Source: Thermodesulfobacteriota bacterium
Lineage (GTDB): Bacteria > Desulfobacterota_D > UBA1144 > Nemesobacterales > UBA2774
NCBI GenBank assembly: GCA_963422265.1
Contig: OY729416.1
Location: 128,001-192,000, forward strand
Length of the DNA: 64,000 nucleotides
Direction: 5' to 3'
Every line of letters begins with the position of its first letter. Within the stretch, counting starts at the first letter, position 1. Of the stretch, positions 31,951 to 45,000 are shown one piece after another. The position numbers and the translations under genes are program-made. The notes under the pieces are model-generated. The model was not told the origin of the DNA. It did not search any database and saw only the letters and a list, made by a program, of their open reading frames with translations.

Positions 31951-32385
31951 TTATCTCTTGGGATTAGGTTCCGTTATAAGCCCTAGATTGGATACTCCCG
32001 CGTTTCGTATCTCCGACATAACTTCTACCACCGTGCCGTAGGGGACATTTGAATCGGCTCTTAGGAAAACCTCTTCTTCCGTTACATCTTGCGGGCTTGC
32101 TGTAATAAGTCGTTGAATCGCTGACCTCAGCTCGGGCAGCGTATGCCTGTTTTTCTCTATGAATATTTCGCCTGCTCGATTTAGCGTAACTACCACCCTT
32201 TTCGTGCGTTCTATCGAGGGCATAGGTTTTGACTCGGTCTTAGGCAGATTAACGTCCACTCCCTGATATAGAATAGGCGTTGTCACCATAAATATAACAA
32301 GCAGGACAAGCATCACATCAACAAACGGCGTTACGTTTATTTCAGATAGCACCGTCCGTCCATTGTTATTGTTCCGCATTCCCAT
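31951..32385 (-). CDS. tolR: TolR/ExbD protein
   Basis: SEINVTPFVDVMLVLLVIFMVTTP, LRADSNVPYG. Confidence 0.92.
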   Translation of the reverse strand: MGMRNNNNGRTVLSEINVTPFVDVMLVLLVIFMVTTPILYQGVDVNLPKTESKPMPSIERTKRVVVTLNRAGEIFIEKNRHTLPELRSAIQRLITASPQDVTEEEVFLRADSNVPYGTVVEVMSEIRNAGVSNLGLITEPNPKR

Positions 32386-32391
32386 AGGTAT

Positions 32392-33150
32392 CTAAACCTT
32401 TTTGACGTACCACTCGACTATATTAAGAAATTCAGCTGAAAAATTTTCCATTTCCACGTCTATTCTTTTTACCCTATTGAGAAAATAGTTATAAGCGACG
32501 ACTGCTGGAATAGCGGCAGCCAGTCCTATCGCCGTAGCGATCAAAGCCTCTGCGATACCGGGAGCTACAGCTTGAAGCGTAGGTATCCCGTCGCTTCCTG
32601 CTAGTCCTATGAACGAAGTCATGATACCCCAGACAGTCCCAAAAAGACCTATAAAGGGAGCCGAGCTTCCCGTCGTAGCTAGAAAGGTCAGCGAGTTCTC
32701 AAGCTTAGAAATCTCGGAAGACATTGTTTTTTTTAGCGCTCTTTCAACAAACTCAGTGACGCCTATGTCCTCAGTAATTGTCTCAGGTGCGGATTTGACT
32801 TCAGGATTTTGCGAAGACCTTGATGACCTGCTTACTTTGAGCATTTCGGAATATCCCGCTCTGAATATCTCCGCGAACGGTCCCCCAATATGCTTTGTCG
32901 AAGAGAAGAGTTTGCCTAAGTTGTCACTCGCATTGTAGAGATCAAGGAACTTTGCCGATTTCTTAGTTACGCTTTTAAGCGCAAAATACTTTGAGAATAT
33001 AATAGTCCACGAGACTAAGGACATCAGAAGCAGTATTAGAAGAACCGCTTTAACTACTGGTCCCGCCTGAGCAACTAGCCCAAGCACCTCTATGTTACCA
33101 CCTATGGCAACCCCTTGTGCTTCAAGCATGAAGTGTGTCAAATTTGCCAC
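32392..33150 (-). CDS. tolQ: TolQ/ExbB proton channel protein
   Basis: FLATTGSSAPFIGLFGTVWGIM, VAPGIAEALIATAIGLAAAIPAV. Confidence 0.93.
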   Translation of the reverse strand: MANLTHFMLEAQGVAIGGNIEVLGLVAQAGPVVKAVLLILLLMSLVSWTIIFSKYFALKSVTKKSAKFLDLYNASDNLGKLFSSTKHIGGPFAEIFRAGYSEMLKVSRSSRSSQNPEVKSAPETITEDIGVTEFVERALKKTMSSEISKLENSLTFLATTGSSAPFIGLFGTVWGIMTSFIGLAGSDGIPTLQAVAPGIAEALIATAIGLAAAIPAVVAYNYFLNRVKRIDVEMENFSAEFLNIVEWYVKKV

Positions 33151-33207
33151 TTTATTAACCTACTTATAAGCAAGATTTAGGATTAGAGTTTCCCACAATT
33201 AGCCACT

Positions 33208-33276
33208 AAAATCAAATGAGCCCTGGTGTAAAAATCAAATGAGCCCTGGCGTAAAAATCAAATGAGCCCTGGCGTA
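33208..33276. repeat. 23-bp tandem repeat x3 upstream of tolQ
   Basis: AAAATCAAATGAGCCCTGG(T/C)GTA at 33208, 33231 and 33254, head-to-tail with no spacers. Confidence 0.95.
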
Positions 33277-33452
33277 AAACTGGTCAAGGATTTTCGTTTC
33301 TCTGTCTCTACTGGATACCGCTTCTCGCATGAAAGATACTTCTTAACGTAGCATCAGTTATAATAATCCGTTAGAATCTGGTTTTTCTATCAAAGTTTCC
33401 CTTTAATGTATAATTGTCTTTTTTCAAATCTAGTTAATGAAGGAGGAGTCAA

Positions 33453-33905
33453 ATGACGCGTCTTACAAAAACATCTCTTGCGCTAACGGCTATTGCTTTA
33501 GTTGGGTTAATTCCCATATCGGTATTTGCTCAAGAAAATAGATACCAAAGGGTGATAGAAGAGAGCTTTTACGTAGTAAAACCTGAGAATGTCGAGAAGT
33601 TCTTGCAAGTGTATAGAGACAAGCTATATCCTTTCTGGAGCGAAATGAGAAAAAGAGGTGTTATTGTTAGCGACTACAAGATGTATTCACAAAGACTCCA
33701 TACGCTCTCGCCTCTGTGGACCTATAAAACGGTGGTTGAATTCAAGAACTACGAGGCGGTCGATAAATGGCTCAAGATAAGGGATGAAGTATATGACGGA
33801 TTATTCCCTGGCAAGGGTGGATATAAAGCCCCGCGCAAGGAAATTGACGCAATAACGGAATCCCACTGGGACGAGTTTATAAGAGAGATTCCATTAGCTA
33901 AGTGA
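33453..33905 (+). CDS. Exported hypothetical protein (possibly NIPSNAP-like alpha+beta barrel)
   Basis: Strong SD AAGGAGGAG, signal peptide ending VFA-Q; the fold is a guess from the YVVKPENVEKFL...VVEFKNYEA pattern. Confidence 0.7.
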   Translation: MTRLTKTSLALTAIALVGLIPISVFAQENRYQRVIEESFYVVKPENVEKFLQVYRDKLYPFWSEMRKRGVIVSDYKMYSQRLHTLSPLWTYKTVVEFKNYEAVDKWLKIRDEVYDGLFPGKGGYKAPRKEIDAITESHWDEFIREIPLAK

Positions 33906-33985
33906 AGAATATGAAGAATATAACGTAGTATTGTAAGGCGTTGTCAGTTTTTGAGTTATATGAGTAAGTAAAGGAGCGAGGGAGT

Positions 33986-34540
33986 ATGTCAATCAGACCT
34001 GATCACTGGATTAGAAAAATGGCGAGGGAGCACGGGATGATAAACCCCTTTGTGGATAAGCAGGTGAGGGACGGTGCAATTTCTTATGGGCTTTCCGCTT
34101 ATGGTTACGATATAAGGGTGAGTGACGAATTTAAAGTGTTTACCAACGTCTATAATTCCGTGGTGGACCCTAAGAGTTTTGATGATAAGTCTTTTGTTGA
34201 AATAAAGGCTGACGCCTGTATGATCCCCCCTAACTCTTTCGCATTAGCGAGGACGGTAGAGTATTTTAGAATACCGAGAAGCACAATCACTCTGTGCGTG
34301 GGTAAATCCACCTACGCACGCTGCGGGATTATAGTGAACGTGACTCCCTTCGAGCCTGAATGGGAGGGGTTTGTGACGCTTGAGATCTCAAATACCACGC
34401 CGCTTCCAGCCAAGATATACGCTAACGAGGGCATAGCCCAGGTTCTCTTTCTTGAGTCGGATGAACCGTGTGAAGTATCTTACGCTGATAAAAAAGGCAG
34501 ATACCAGAGACAAATTGGTATTACGCCGCCAAAAGTTTAG
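33986..34540 (+). CDS. dcd: dCTP deaminase
   Basis: [43 protein letters not shown]. Confidence 0.97.
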   Translation: MSIRPDHWIRKMAREHGMINPFVDKQVRDGAISYGLSAYGYDIRVSDEFKVFTNVYNSVVDPKSFDDKSFVEIKADACMIPPNSFALARTVEYFRIPRSTITLCVGKSTYARCGIIVNVTPFEPEWEGFVTLEISNTTPLPAKIYANEGIAQVLFLESDEPCEVSYADKKGRYQRQIGITPPKV

Positions 34541-34618
34541 AGAAAAAAGGAAGTTAGAGACATACGTTCCACTTAAATAGCCTTGATTTTATCGTGCTTT
34601 TCTTGGCTAATATGATAA

Positions 34619-37135
<2,517 letters not shown>

Positions 37136-37141
37136 CTGTGA

Positions 37142-37627
37142 TTATTTAGGACTAGACAGGAAATTTTCTGCCCTATGAACCTGTTGCACAATATCCGTTA
37201 GCAATTCTCCAATAATGACGTCTTCATGAGAATAACCATATACTCCGGAGTGTGATGGATCGCCATAAGTATGGTCAGGTTTCAATTCGGGTTTGTATAG
37301 AATCTGTATTTTCCTCCTATCATCAGTCTCCGCTTTTACATATTCAATTGCTCTTTGCACGTTTATTATTGGCAGCCGGTCATTCTTTTTAACTTTTAAT
37401 TTATCTTTGTAGATATTTATTATATTTTGTACACAAACTTCTAGGTCTGTATTACCATCGTATTCAAGCCAATTCACCGACATATAATCTTCTTTAGGTC
37501 GCGGTAGTAACGCCTTTCCGTCTATTTTACCTCCGTTGTGAACAAGAGATTTCTTGACTAGTTTGGTTATATGTGACGTTGGTGGAAGTGGGTCGTTATC
37601 TTTCTCATTACCGACAAATCCATTCAT
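37142..37627 (-). CDS. Hypothetical protein with ART/RES-like motif pattern (putative toxin)
   Basis: HITKL...ALLPRPKEDYMSVNWLE...DPSHSGVYG; probable ATG 37627 overlaps the upstream gene end. The function is inferred. Confidence 0.6.
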   Translation of the reverse strand: MNGFVGNEKDNDPLPPTSHITKLVKKSLVHNGGKIDGKALLPRPKEDYMSVNWLEYDGNTDLEVCVQNIINIYKDKLKVKKNDRLPIINVQRAIEYVKAETDDRRKIQILYKPELKPDHTYGDPSHSGVYGYSHEDVIIGELLTDIVQQVHRAENFLSSPK

Positions 37628-38243
37628 CAGCTCCCATGGAAACCACAACTTGGTAAAGGCGCTCTTTATCAATTGTCCCGGTAGAACGCATAACTTTTCC
37701 TGTGTTGTTAGGATTAGGTGTGAAAATTACGTAAGTGTTAGTATCGTCAGGGTTAAACTCTACTGCTAAATGCTGTATTCTTGACTTACGCCACAACGCT
37801 CTAATATTACCTTCGTAAGTAACAATAAAAGAAGGTATGATTAAATTATCGTTCTTTGTCAAGAAATCAGTAAAATTATTAAAGGATTCGAAACTTATTA
37901 TTTTTTGCTCCGTATCTTGATCATCTTCAATATCTTCAATTAATTCATAAGTTCTAGGGGTAATGTAATCATCAAAGTCAGGTCTTTCTCGATAAAGACT
38001 AAGCACCAAAGTTTTAATTCTTTTATGGCTATCTAGGTTGTCTTCCTCGATGTCTTTGTAATAGCCTAAACTTCTAAAAAGAGTAGAGTTCTCTTCTTCG
38101 TATACCTTGTAATAATTTGTTTTTAAATTTGTTTGGGGAGAGGCAGGTAATGTATCCAAATGAGTTGATACTCCAATACTAGGGGGAATGTTATTGTAGG
38201 ATATAGATCGGTTCTCCTTAGGCTCCACATCAGTTAAATTCAT
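37608..38243 (-). CDS. Hypothetical protein (putative antitoxin or adaptor)
   Basis: ATG 38243 overlaps the upstream TGA (ATGA). Polar, low-structure N-terminus plus a C-terminal domain PSFIVTYEGNIRALWRKS...LAVEFNPD. Confidence 0.7.
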   Translation of the reverse strand: MNLTDVEPKENRSISYNNIPPSIGVSTHLDTLPASPQTNLKTNYYKVYEEENSTLFRSLGYYKDIEEDNLDSHKRIKTLVLSLYRERPDFDDYITPRTYELIEDIEDDQDTEQKIISFESFNNFTDFLTKNDNLIIPSFIVTYEGNIRALWRKSRIQHLAVEFNPDDTNTYVIFTPNPNNTGKVMRSTGTIDKERLYQVVVSMGADEWICR

Positions 38244-39010
38244 GAGACTTCCTTTTTCTCCCAATTAGTTTTTGTTGTATCACTATCAGTGAGTTTTTCA
38301 AAATTCTGCGTAAGCTGTTCGTGTACGTAATCAAACCAGTCGTTCATATTGTGGTTTGAGGAGTCAAACCCGCTCGCTCCATTTTCAAATACTATTATTT
38401 TTTGTTTCGTGTTCTTAAGTGTAGTTGTAAAGAGATTTAATTTGAATATTCCTTTCTTAGCATCCGGCAAATCATAGATATAATTTAAGTTAAAGTCTTT
38501 AACTTCTTGACCGCTTAAAGTTTCAGGGAAGTCAAGGCGTTTAATTATATCTGAAAGTTCCTTGGCTTCTCTAAAGTCAAAGTTTTCTTTTAAGTGGTTT
38601 ACATAATTGAATTCATATTTGAGCGGAGCAGGTTCATTAAAGCCTTTTTCTTTGAGGAATTCCAAGAATGATGAATAATTGTTGTTAAAGAGCCTGTTCA
38701 TTTCACTATATTCAGGATATTGGTCTTCTCCTTCCACCTTGCGCCAATTGCATAGGAAGCAGTTGTTTTGTATCTGAACTAGTTTATTTAGTGATTCTGT
38801 GATGAACCAAAACCTGGGCGCGGGGTATATTTCGCTATTGCTTTGAATAGGCTTGCCATAGTTGGTGGCTTGTTCGGATTTTGGATATTTATCAATGATC
38901 TTTTCCCAAAACAAACCGATGTGTTCAGAGCGCAGACCATAAATTGGGAGAAACTCTACGCCCATTACAACTTCAATTACCGGTGGTTTACTATATTTAG
39001 CAGTGTTCAT
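38240..39010 (-). CDS. TIGR04255-like family protein
   Basis: YSKPPVIEVVMGVEF, RFWFI, LVQIQNNCFLCNWRK, YPEY, YVNH and WFDYVHEQL...FEKLT pattern, recognised by eye. Confidence 0.8.
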   Translation of the reverse strand: MNTAKYSKPPVIEVVMGVEFLPIYGLRSEHIGLFWEKIIDKYPKSEQATNYGKPIQSNSEIYPAPRFWFITESLNKLVQIQNNCFLCNWRKVEGEDQYPEYSEMNRLFNNNYSSFLEFLKEKGFNEPAPLKYEFNYVNHLKENFDFREAKELSDIIKRLDFPETLSGQEVKDFNLNYIYDLPDAKKGIFKLNLFTTTLKNTKQKIIVFENGASGFDSSNHNMNDWFDYVHEQLTQNFEKLTDSDTTKTNWEKKEVS

Positions 39011-39159
39011 TATATCATTAAATACAAAGTAACTACGACTGTAGAATTATATCTATTGCTTAGTACAAGGCAAGTTAGGGCTAGCAATATATGGCATTTG
39101 AACACATAATACTTGTCAGAGGAATGATGTAAAATCCATGATAACAAAGCTATCAGAGA

Positions 39160-40224
39160 TCAACTAAGATAACCATAGTTCTGTAATACTAGCATGGCAG
39201 CACTTATGATTATGACGTTCAGTATTGCAAGTGGAAAGAGCACCTTCCAGCCTAGATTCATAACCTGATCATAGCGAAATCTAGGCAGAGTAAACCTAAC
39301 CCAGATGAAGAAGAAGAGAAAAGTAAGCACCTTTCCTATGAAGACGAGCGGGGGTAGGTACCAGTGTTTGTCTATATCCACTCCAAACCATCCGCCGAAG
39401 GGGAGCGGGTACCATCCGCCGAAGAATAATGCTACCACAAGGCAGGAAACTACTATCATGTGCGTGTACTCTGCCATAAAAAACATTGCAAACTTCATGC
39501 TGCTGTATTCAGTGTGGTATCCAGCAACTATCTCGGTCTCAGCCTCTGGCATGTCAAAAGGAAGCCTATTTGTCTCTGCGAACGCCGCCGCAATAAACAC
39601 TATGGCGCCTAGTATCTGTGGAAAAACGAACCAGTAGTTAGATTGCGCCTCAATTATATCTTCAAGCCTCAAAGAGCCGCTCCAGGCTATGACTCCCAAA
39701 ATAGACATTCCCATAGCTAGCTCGTAGCTTATCATCTGGGCTGCCCCTCTCAGCCCGCCTAGAAAAGAGTACTTGCTGTTGGATGCCCATCCGCCTAGCA
39801 CGACCCCATAAACACTAAGGGAGCCTATAGCCAGCACATAAAGGACGCCAACGTTTATGTCCGCTATCTGAAATTGGATAAATACAGGTTCGGCAAACAG
39901 CCCGAACAATGTCGTCTCAAAGCCCTTTCCTACGGGTATGACTGCAAGGGCGATTAATGCAGTAATCAAAGCAAATGCGGGCGCAATTATAAAGAAAGGC
40001 TTATTAGCGTCCCTTGGTATAATGTCTTCTTTGAATATGAATTTTGCGCCGTCAGCCAGAGGTTGGAGAAATCCGAACGGTCCAACGCGGTTCGGTCCGA
40101 GCCTATCTTGAATAAAAGCGCTTACTCTCCTTTCCGCAAGCGTGAGGTAGGCGACGAGCGTAAGAACTGCGAATAAAACGAGCGCTATTTTTGCGAGGGA
40201 AATCCCTAATTCAACCCAAAGCAT
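39160..40224 (-). CDS. nuoH: NADH-quinone oxidoreductase subunit H
   Basis: ERRVSAFIQDRLGPNRVG, QPLADGAKF, AETNRLPFD, LPRFRYDQ. Confidence 0.97.
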   Translation of the reverse strand: MLWVELGISLAKIALVLFAVLTLVAYLTLAERRVSAFIQDRLGPNRVGPFGFLQPLADGAKFIFKEDIIPRDANKPFFIIAPAFALITALIALAVIPVGKGFETTLFGLFAEPVFIQFQIADINVGVLYVLAIGSLSVYGVVLGGWASNSKYSFLGGLRGAAQMISYELAMGMSILGVIAWSGSLRLEDIIEAQSNYWFVFPQILGAIVFIAAAFAETNRLPFDMPEAETEIVAGYHTEYSSMKFAMFFMAEYTHMIVVSCLVVALFFGGWYPLPFGGWFGVDIDKHWYLPPLVFIGKVLTFLFFFIWVRFTLPRFRYDQVMNLGWKVLFPLAILNVIIISAAMLVLQNYGYLS

Positions 40225-40259
40225 ATTCTATCTATTATCCATATTGTTCGTAAATCTAA

Positions 40260-41858
40260 TTAATTAGCGGTATTCGCTCCAAGCGCTTCAATTCTATCGT
40301 ATGTAAAACCTTCAAACGCGGGAAACCTCTCTGCTATTTCTAACAAGATGCTTGGGGGATTTTTAAAGCCGAAAGACTCCTTCTGAAACCTGCTTCCTAC
40401 AAGAGCTAGTATTTCCCAGTCAGGCTTAGCCGTTCCAGGCGCAGTTATTACTTTTCTTATTCTCTGCACCTTTCCCCTATCGTTTGTGAAGGTGCCTTCT
40501 TTCTCATAAGCGGTCGCTCCTGGAAGGATTACGTTCGCTGACCTAACAGTTTCGGTGAGCTTAAAATCTTGCACCACCAACAATGATAGTCGTAACAAGC
40601 ATTCTTTTAACTTTGGATGGTCGCTTTTAGGGATAAATTCGAATAGGTCTAGTCCAGCTACGTAGAGGGCACTTAGTTTGCCTTCGAGAATGGAGTCAAT
40701 AATTTCCAGAAGCTTATTAGTCCCATGGGGGAGTTCGAGTTCCTTGACGCCGTAGCTGTTGGGATAGGGGTCAGTGCTTATTAAGCCGAATTTCTTGGGT
40801 TCGCTTGTTACGCCTACGTTAGATACAATCTTACTTATATTAAGCGTTTCTCCGATTTTTTTAAGAAGATAAAGCTCTTCATTAGTAAGCACAGCAGAAC
40901 CTAAAAGCGCGATTGATTCAGGGGATTCTTCCTTTGCTAGGGCTAATTTTCTTGCCGAGAAATCTAAGGCTTCATCCCAGCCGATGATTTCAAACTCCTC
41001 TCCCTTCCTGATTATAGGGTGTTTCAATCTTATTGCATCTTCCTGAACCTGCTTGAAGTCATATCTTCCTCTATCGCATATCCAGTACTCATTAACGTCC
41101 ATATTTATCCTAGGTCTTACCCTTGAGATCTTACCCTTTCTCGGATCGACCCCAACGGTTATGTTGCAACCGTTGCTGCACAACGGGCAGACGGTATCCG
41201 TGAATTTCCAGTACCACACCCTTTCCTCGTGTAGGGTGTCTTTGTTAAGTAGTGCCCCTACTGGGCACAGATCGGTAACGTTTCCTGAGAGCTCCGAGTC
41301 CAAGCTCTTATAGGGGAACACGACGATTTTTTTTCTAAAACCTCTACCCTCATAACCGAGTTCCCCCGTTTGGGTAATCTCATCTGTAAACCTGACGCAC
41401 CTTGTACACATGATGCAGCGATTCGGGTCGTAAAGAATCTTATCGCTCAAGTAATACTTCTTTCTGACTTTTTTTTCTTCAGGACCTTCAAATCTGCTGT
41501 ATCCTGGACCATGTTTTACGGTTGTAAGTTGAAGGGGGCACTCACCCCCCTTATCACATATAGGGCAATCGAGCGGATGATTGATAAGCGTAAACTCAAC
41601 TGTCGCTTTTCTTGCCTTTATGGCTCTTTCAGAGTTTGTCTTAACAATTAAGCCCTCTCTCACGTAAGTATTACAAGCAGGCATTACCTTAGGAATACCC
41701 TCAATCTCCACTAGGCATTGCCTGCATTGAGCGACAACGCTTAAGGCAGGGTGGTAACAAAAGTGAGGTACTTCTATACCGACGCGATTAGCGGCTTGTA
41801 TAAGGTTTAGACCTTCCTCCGTTTCTAGTTCTTTACCGTCTATGGTGAGCTTTGGCAT
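40260..41858 (-). CDS. nuoG: NADH-quinone oxidoreductase subunit G (short form, 532 aa)
   Basis: PHFCYH, CRQCLVE, NHPLDCPICDKGGECPLQ, RCIMCTRCVRF, DLCPVGAL, CPLCSNGC...ICDRGR. Confidence 0.9.
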   Translation of the reverse strand: MPKLTIDGKELETEEGLNLIQAANRVGIEVPHFCYHPALSVVAQCRQCLVEIEGIPKVMPACNTYVREGLIVKTNSERAIKARKATVEFTLINHPLDCPICDKGGECPLQLTTVKHGPGYSRFEGPEEKKVRKKYYLSDKILYDPNRCIMCTRCVRFTDEITQTGELGYEGRGFRKKIVVFPYKSLDSELSGNVTDLCPVGALLNKDTLHEERVWYWKFTDTVCPLCSNGCNITVGVDPRKGKISRVRPRINMDVNEYWICDRGRYDFKQVQEDAIRLKHPIIRKGEEFEIIGWDEALDFSARKLALAKEESPESIALLGSAVLTNEELYLLKKIGETLNISKIVSNVGVTSEPKKFGLISTDPYPNSYGVKELELPHGTNKLLEIIDSILEGKLSALYVAGLDLFEFIPKSDHPKLKECLLRLSLLVVQDFKLTETVRSANVILPGATAYEKEGTFTNDRGKVQRIRKVITAPGTAKPDWEILALVGSRFQKESFGFKNPPSILLEIAERFPAFEGFTYDRIEALGANTAN

Positions 41859-42077
41859 GGAAAGACATTTAAGCCTACAGGAATGACGGAAATACTATCT
41901 GACCTTGATTGTCTTAGCAAGTTATGAATTTTAGTATTTCTGGTCTCGCAAGATTTAGCGTCTATGCTAGTAGCTTAGACGGCGTGATCCCTTCTTCTGG
42001 AGAAACAGTTAATGTCTGATTCACTATTAAAGTTCTGGTTATTCTGCGCGGTGGTGATTATGTTATAATCCAAAGCA

Positions 42078-45000
42078 ATGAGAATGCGTCCCAAAATATT
42101 CAAGCCTATTGCCGTCCTCCTCTTAGTTTTAGCGTTACTTGTAGCAACTTTTTATATAGTAATACAGACACATTTCTTTAATCAGATTACAAGAAACGTC
42201 CTAAACTCCTTCGTAACTGAGCTAACGGATCAGGGCTTTGCTATTGGTAGTATTGATGGGAATCTTCTTCATGGATTCACGCTCAGAGACGTCTCTTTCC
42301 GTATTGAAGGTCGGGAGTTTATAGAATGCAAGGGAATATCTATTGGTTACTCGCTACCTTTAATGCTAGACCGCTCAACGTTGTTTAGACGAGTTTTTTC
42401 CGTGGACGAAGTTTCATTAACTGGCGTGCGAGTTAACCTAATTCGTTACTCTGACGGTGCGTGGAATTTCGAGAAAATCAAATCGTTTGGACGGAAAGAG
42501 CAAGCCCCACTAGGTTGGAGTATCTTTCTCAATAGCACCAATATAAATGATTTAATAATAACGGTTAGCGATCCGCTAAAAGAAAAGTCCAATAAATATG
42601 AGTTCCGCAACGTAGATGCGTCGGTAAAGATCCATAGAGCGATTGAGAGGGTTGACCTTAAATTGAAGGATGGAGAGGTAGTTTTTACATCTCAAATTTC
42701 CGGCTCCGACACTAATGAATTACGCCTTGATGGCGTCTCCGCAAACGCTTCTTATAGTGCATTGGAGTATGTGGATACTCTCGACGTGAAGTCGTTGAAC
42801 TTCAATTTTCGCGGTTTTCAAATTTCTGCAGAGAGTAAAATTAAGGATCTGAAAAGTCCGAAGTTCGAGTTTAGAGCTACTGCAGGGGGGATTAGGTTGG
42901 GCAATATAGTTAATGCAAATATAGAGTTAAGCGGCGTTGGCGAGCACTCAAAGCATAACCCCCTTAGAGTTCAGAGCAAGGCGAGGCTTTTGGACTCCTT
43001 ACTGATAGGTCAAGAGGTTCTAGGGGACATTAATTCCATTGATATAGACGGAGGGGAAATTGAATTTAGAGGTGGCAAGATCAATACGGATTTTGGTAGC
43101 GCTTCGTTTAATGGCACGCTGTTTCTAACGGAGCTTATGGGTGTCAAACAGAGCAATAATTTTGCATTTGACGTTTCTATTGATTCTCTTGAAATGAAAG
43201 AGATACTTGATTTCATCAAGGAAACCAAAGGTGTAAACTCCAACTCTCCAATCGGAGCTGTAAACACTGATATCTACAAAGGTTCTGACGCTGAACTGAA
43301 TGCTTATCTAAACGTGCTGGGTAACTGGGGCGAGTCAGATTCCCTTGAGGCGAGCGTTGTGGTATCGAATCTTGATCTGAGAAGCGGTGACAGTGGGGAA
43401 GTTAATCTAAAAGGACCAATTACGATAACAAATTCCGGGGTCCAATATGAATTGGATGCAGGTTTCCTAAACGTAAATCTAGCTACTGTATTTAAGAATG
43501 AAGGCTATATAAGCAATATCAATTCTAAATTTCGCCTAAGGGGGTTTTTACCGTATGGCAAGGATTTATTAAGCAGGCTTGAGGGTAGTGTAAAAGGAGA
43601 GGTTTTTCAATCCGAAATCCTTGGAATAGGCTTAAAGCGTGGGATTATTGACGCTTTCTACGGGGCAAACTTCCTTAATGTAGAATCCTTACTAATTGAA
43701 TCTGACAAATTAAATCTAGAAGCCAACGGTGCTATAGGGGATTCTCAGAACGTCGGCATTAGCTACGATCTGGACGTTGCTGATTTAAGGTTGCTGTCCA
43801 TATTTTTAGATAATACTGATTACGAAGGAAGACTTCAGGTTAGTGGCGACCTTAAAGGAGCCATGAGAAGCCTAGAAACTTCCCTTTTTGCTAAAATCTC
43901 CGATTTTAAGTCTGAGAAATATAGATTTGTGGCGAAGAAAATTGAAATAACTGGAAGCAGCAATTTTGATTTAGCTGATTTGAGACTAAATGCGAGCGGC
44001 AAGCTAGGGGAAATAAGTATTAGAGGTAGAGATTTCTCAACCATTGATATTGATGCAAAGGGTAAGTCAAGCGTTTTAGGGGGAGAAATAAGGGTCTCGG
44101 AAACCGTGAACAGGAATTATTCTGCTAGCTTTACGTTAAGAGACCTTCAAGATGAAGAAGTTAGTTTAGAGCTAAGTAAAGTTGTCCTAAACGTTCAGGA
44201 TGTCCTCTTGAAGAATCGTAAACCTATAATTTTGACCTTTATCAAAAACAAACTAAGCGTAAGCTCTCTTAATCTATATCAAGGGGATAATTTTATAATC
44301 GGAGATATTGAGTTAGGTGATAAGGTTGTAGCAAATATGCGCTCGAGAAAAATGAGACTCTCAAGTCTGTTAGATGTTCTTAACGCCCCTTTTTCTCTCA
44401 AAGGTTTAGTATCAGGCAAGATAGCGTTCGGGGGTTCCTTAGAGGGAATTGACGTAAGTGCTGATCTTGTTGCGGAAAACCTTGAATACATGGCTTTTAA
44501 GAGCGATGCCCTCCGGCTCAGCCTTCTTTTTGTTGATGATGATCTTAACGTGAGCCTAAGCATGAATAATGATTCTGAGCGTGTTCTCTCCGCAACTGCT
44601 AAGGCGCACGTTGATCCCAAATGGAAGAATTTTGAGGAGATAATTGAAAACGCGCCTTTTGACGCCCGCGTTCAATCTAAAGGGATTGATATTAGCCTAC
44701 TCTCTTTACTCCATCCTAAACTAACGTCCATCAAAGGAAGGCTCTTTGCTGACGTGAGTGCCAGGGGTGATGGGCAAAATCCTGATATTGCCGGCAGCTT
44801 TGAGTTGAAGGATGTTTCATTAAAAACTGTGTATATGAGGAATAAGATCAATATAGAGAGCGTGGTGTTAGACGTCCGAGGGATGCGCGGCGTTTTACGC
44901 CCGTTTCATATTGATACGGGTGGTGGCAAGGGGTTGTTTGAGGGGGAAATAGACTTTCGAGATATGTCTTACGTCGCGAAAGGGCGAATGTTCGAGCTAT

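Noticed and set aside
33208-33276. Possible mini-CRISPR array
   Set aside because: The 23-bp units are directly adjacent with no spacers, and there are no cas genes in the window.
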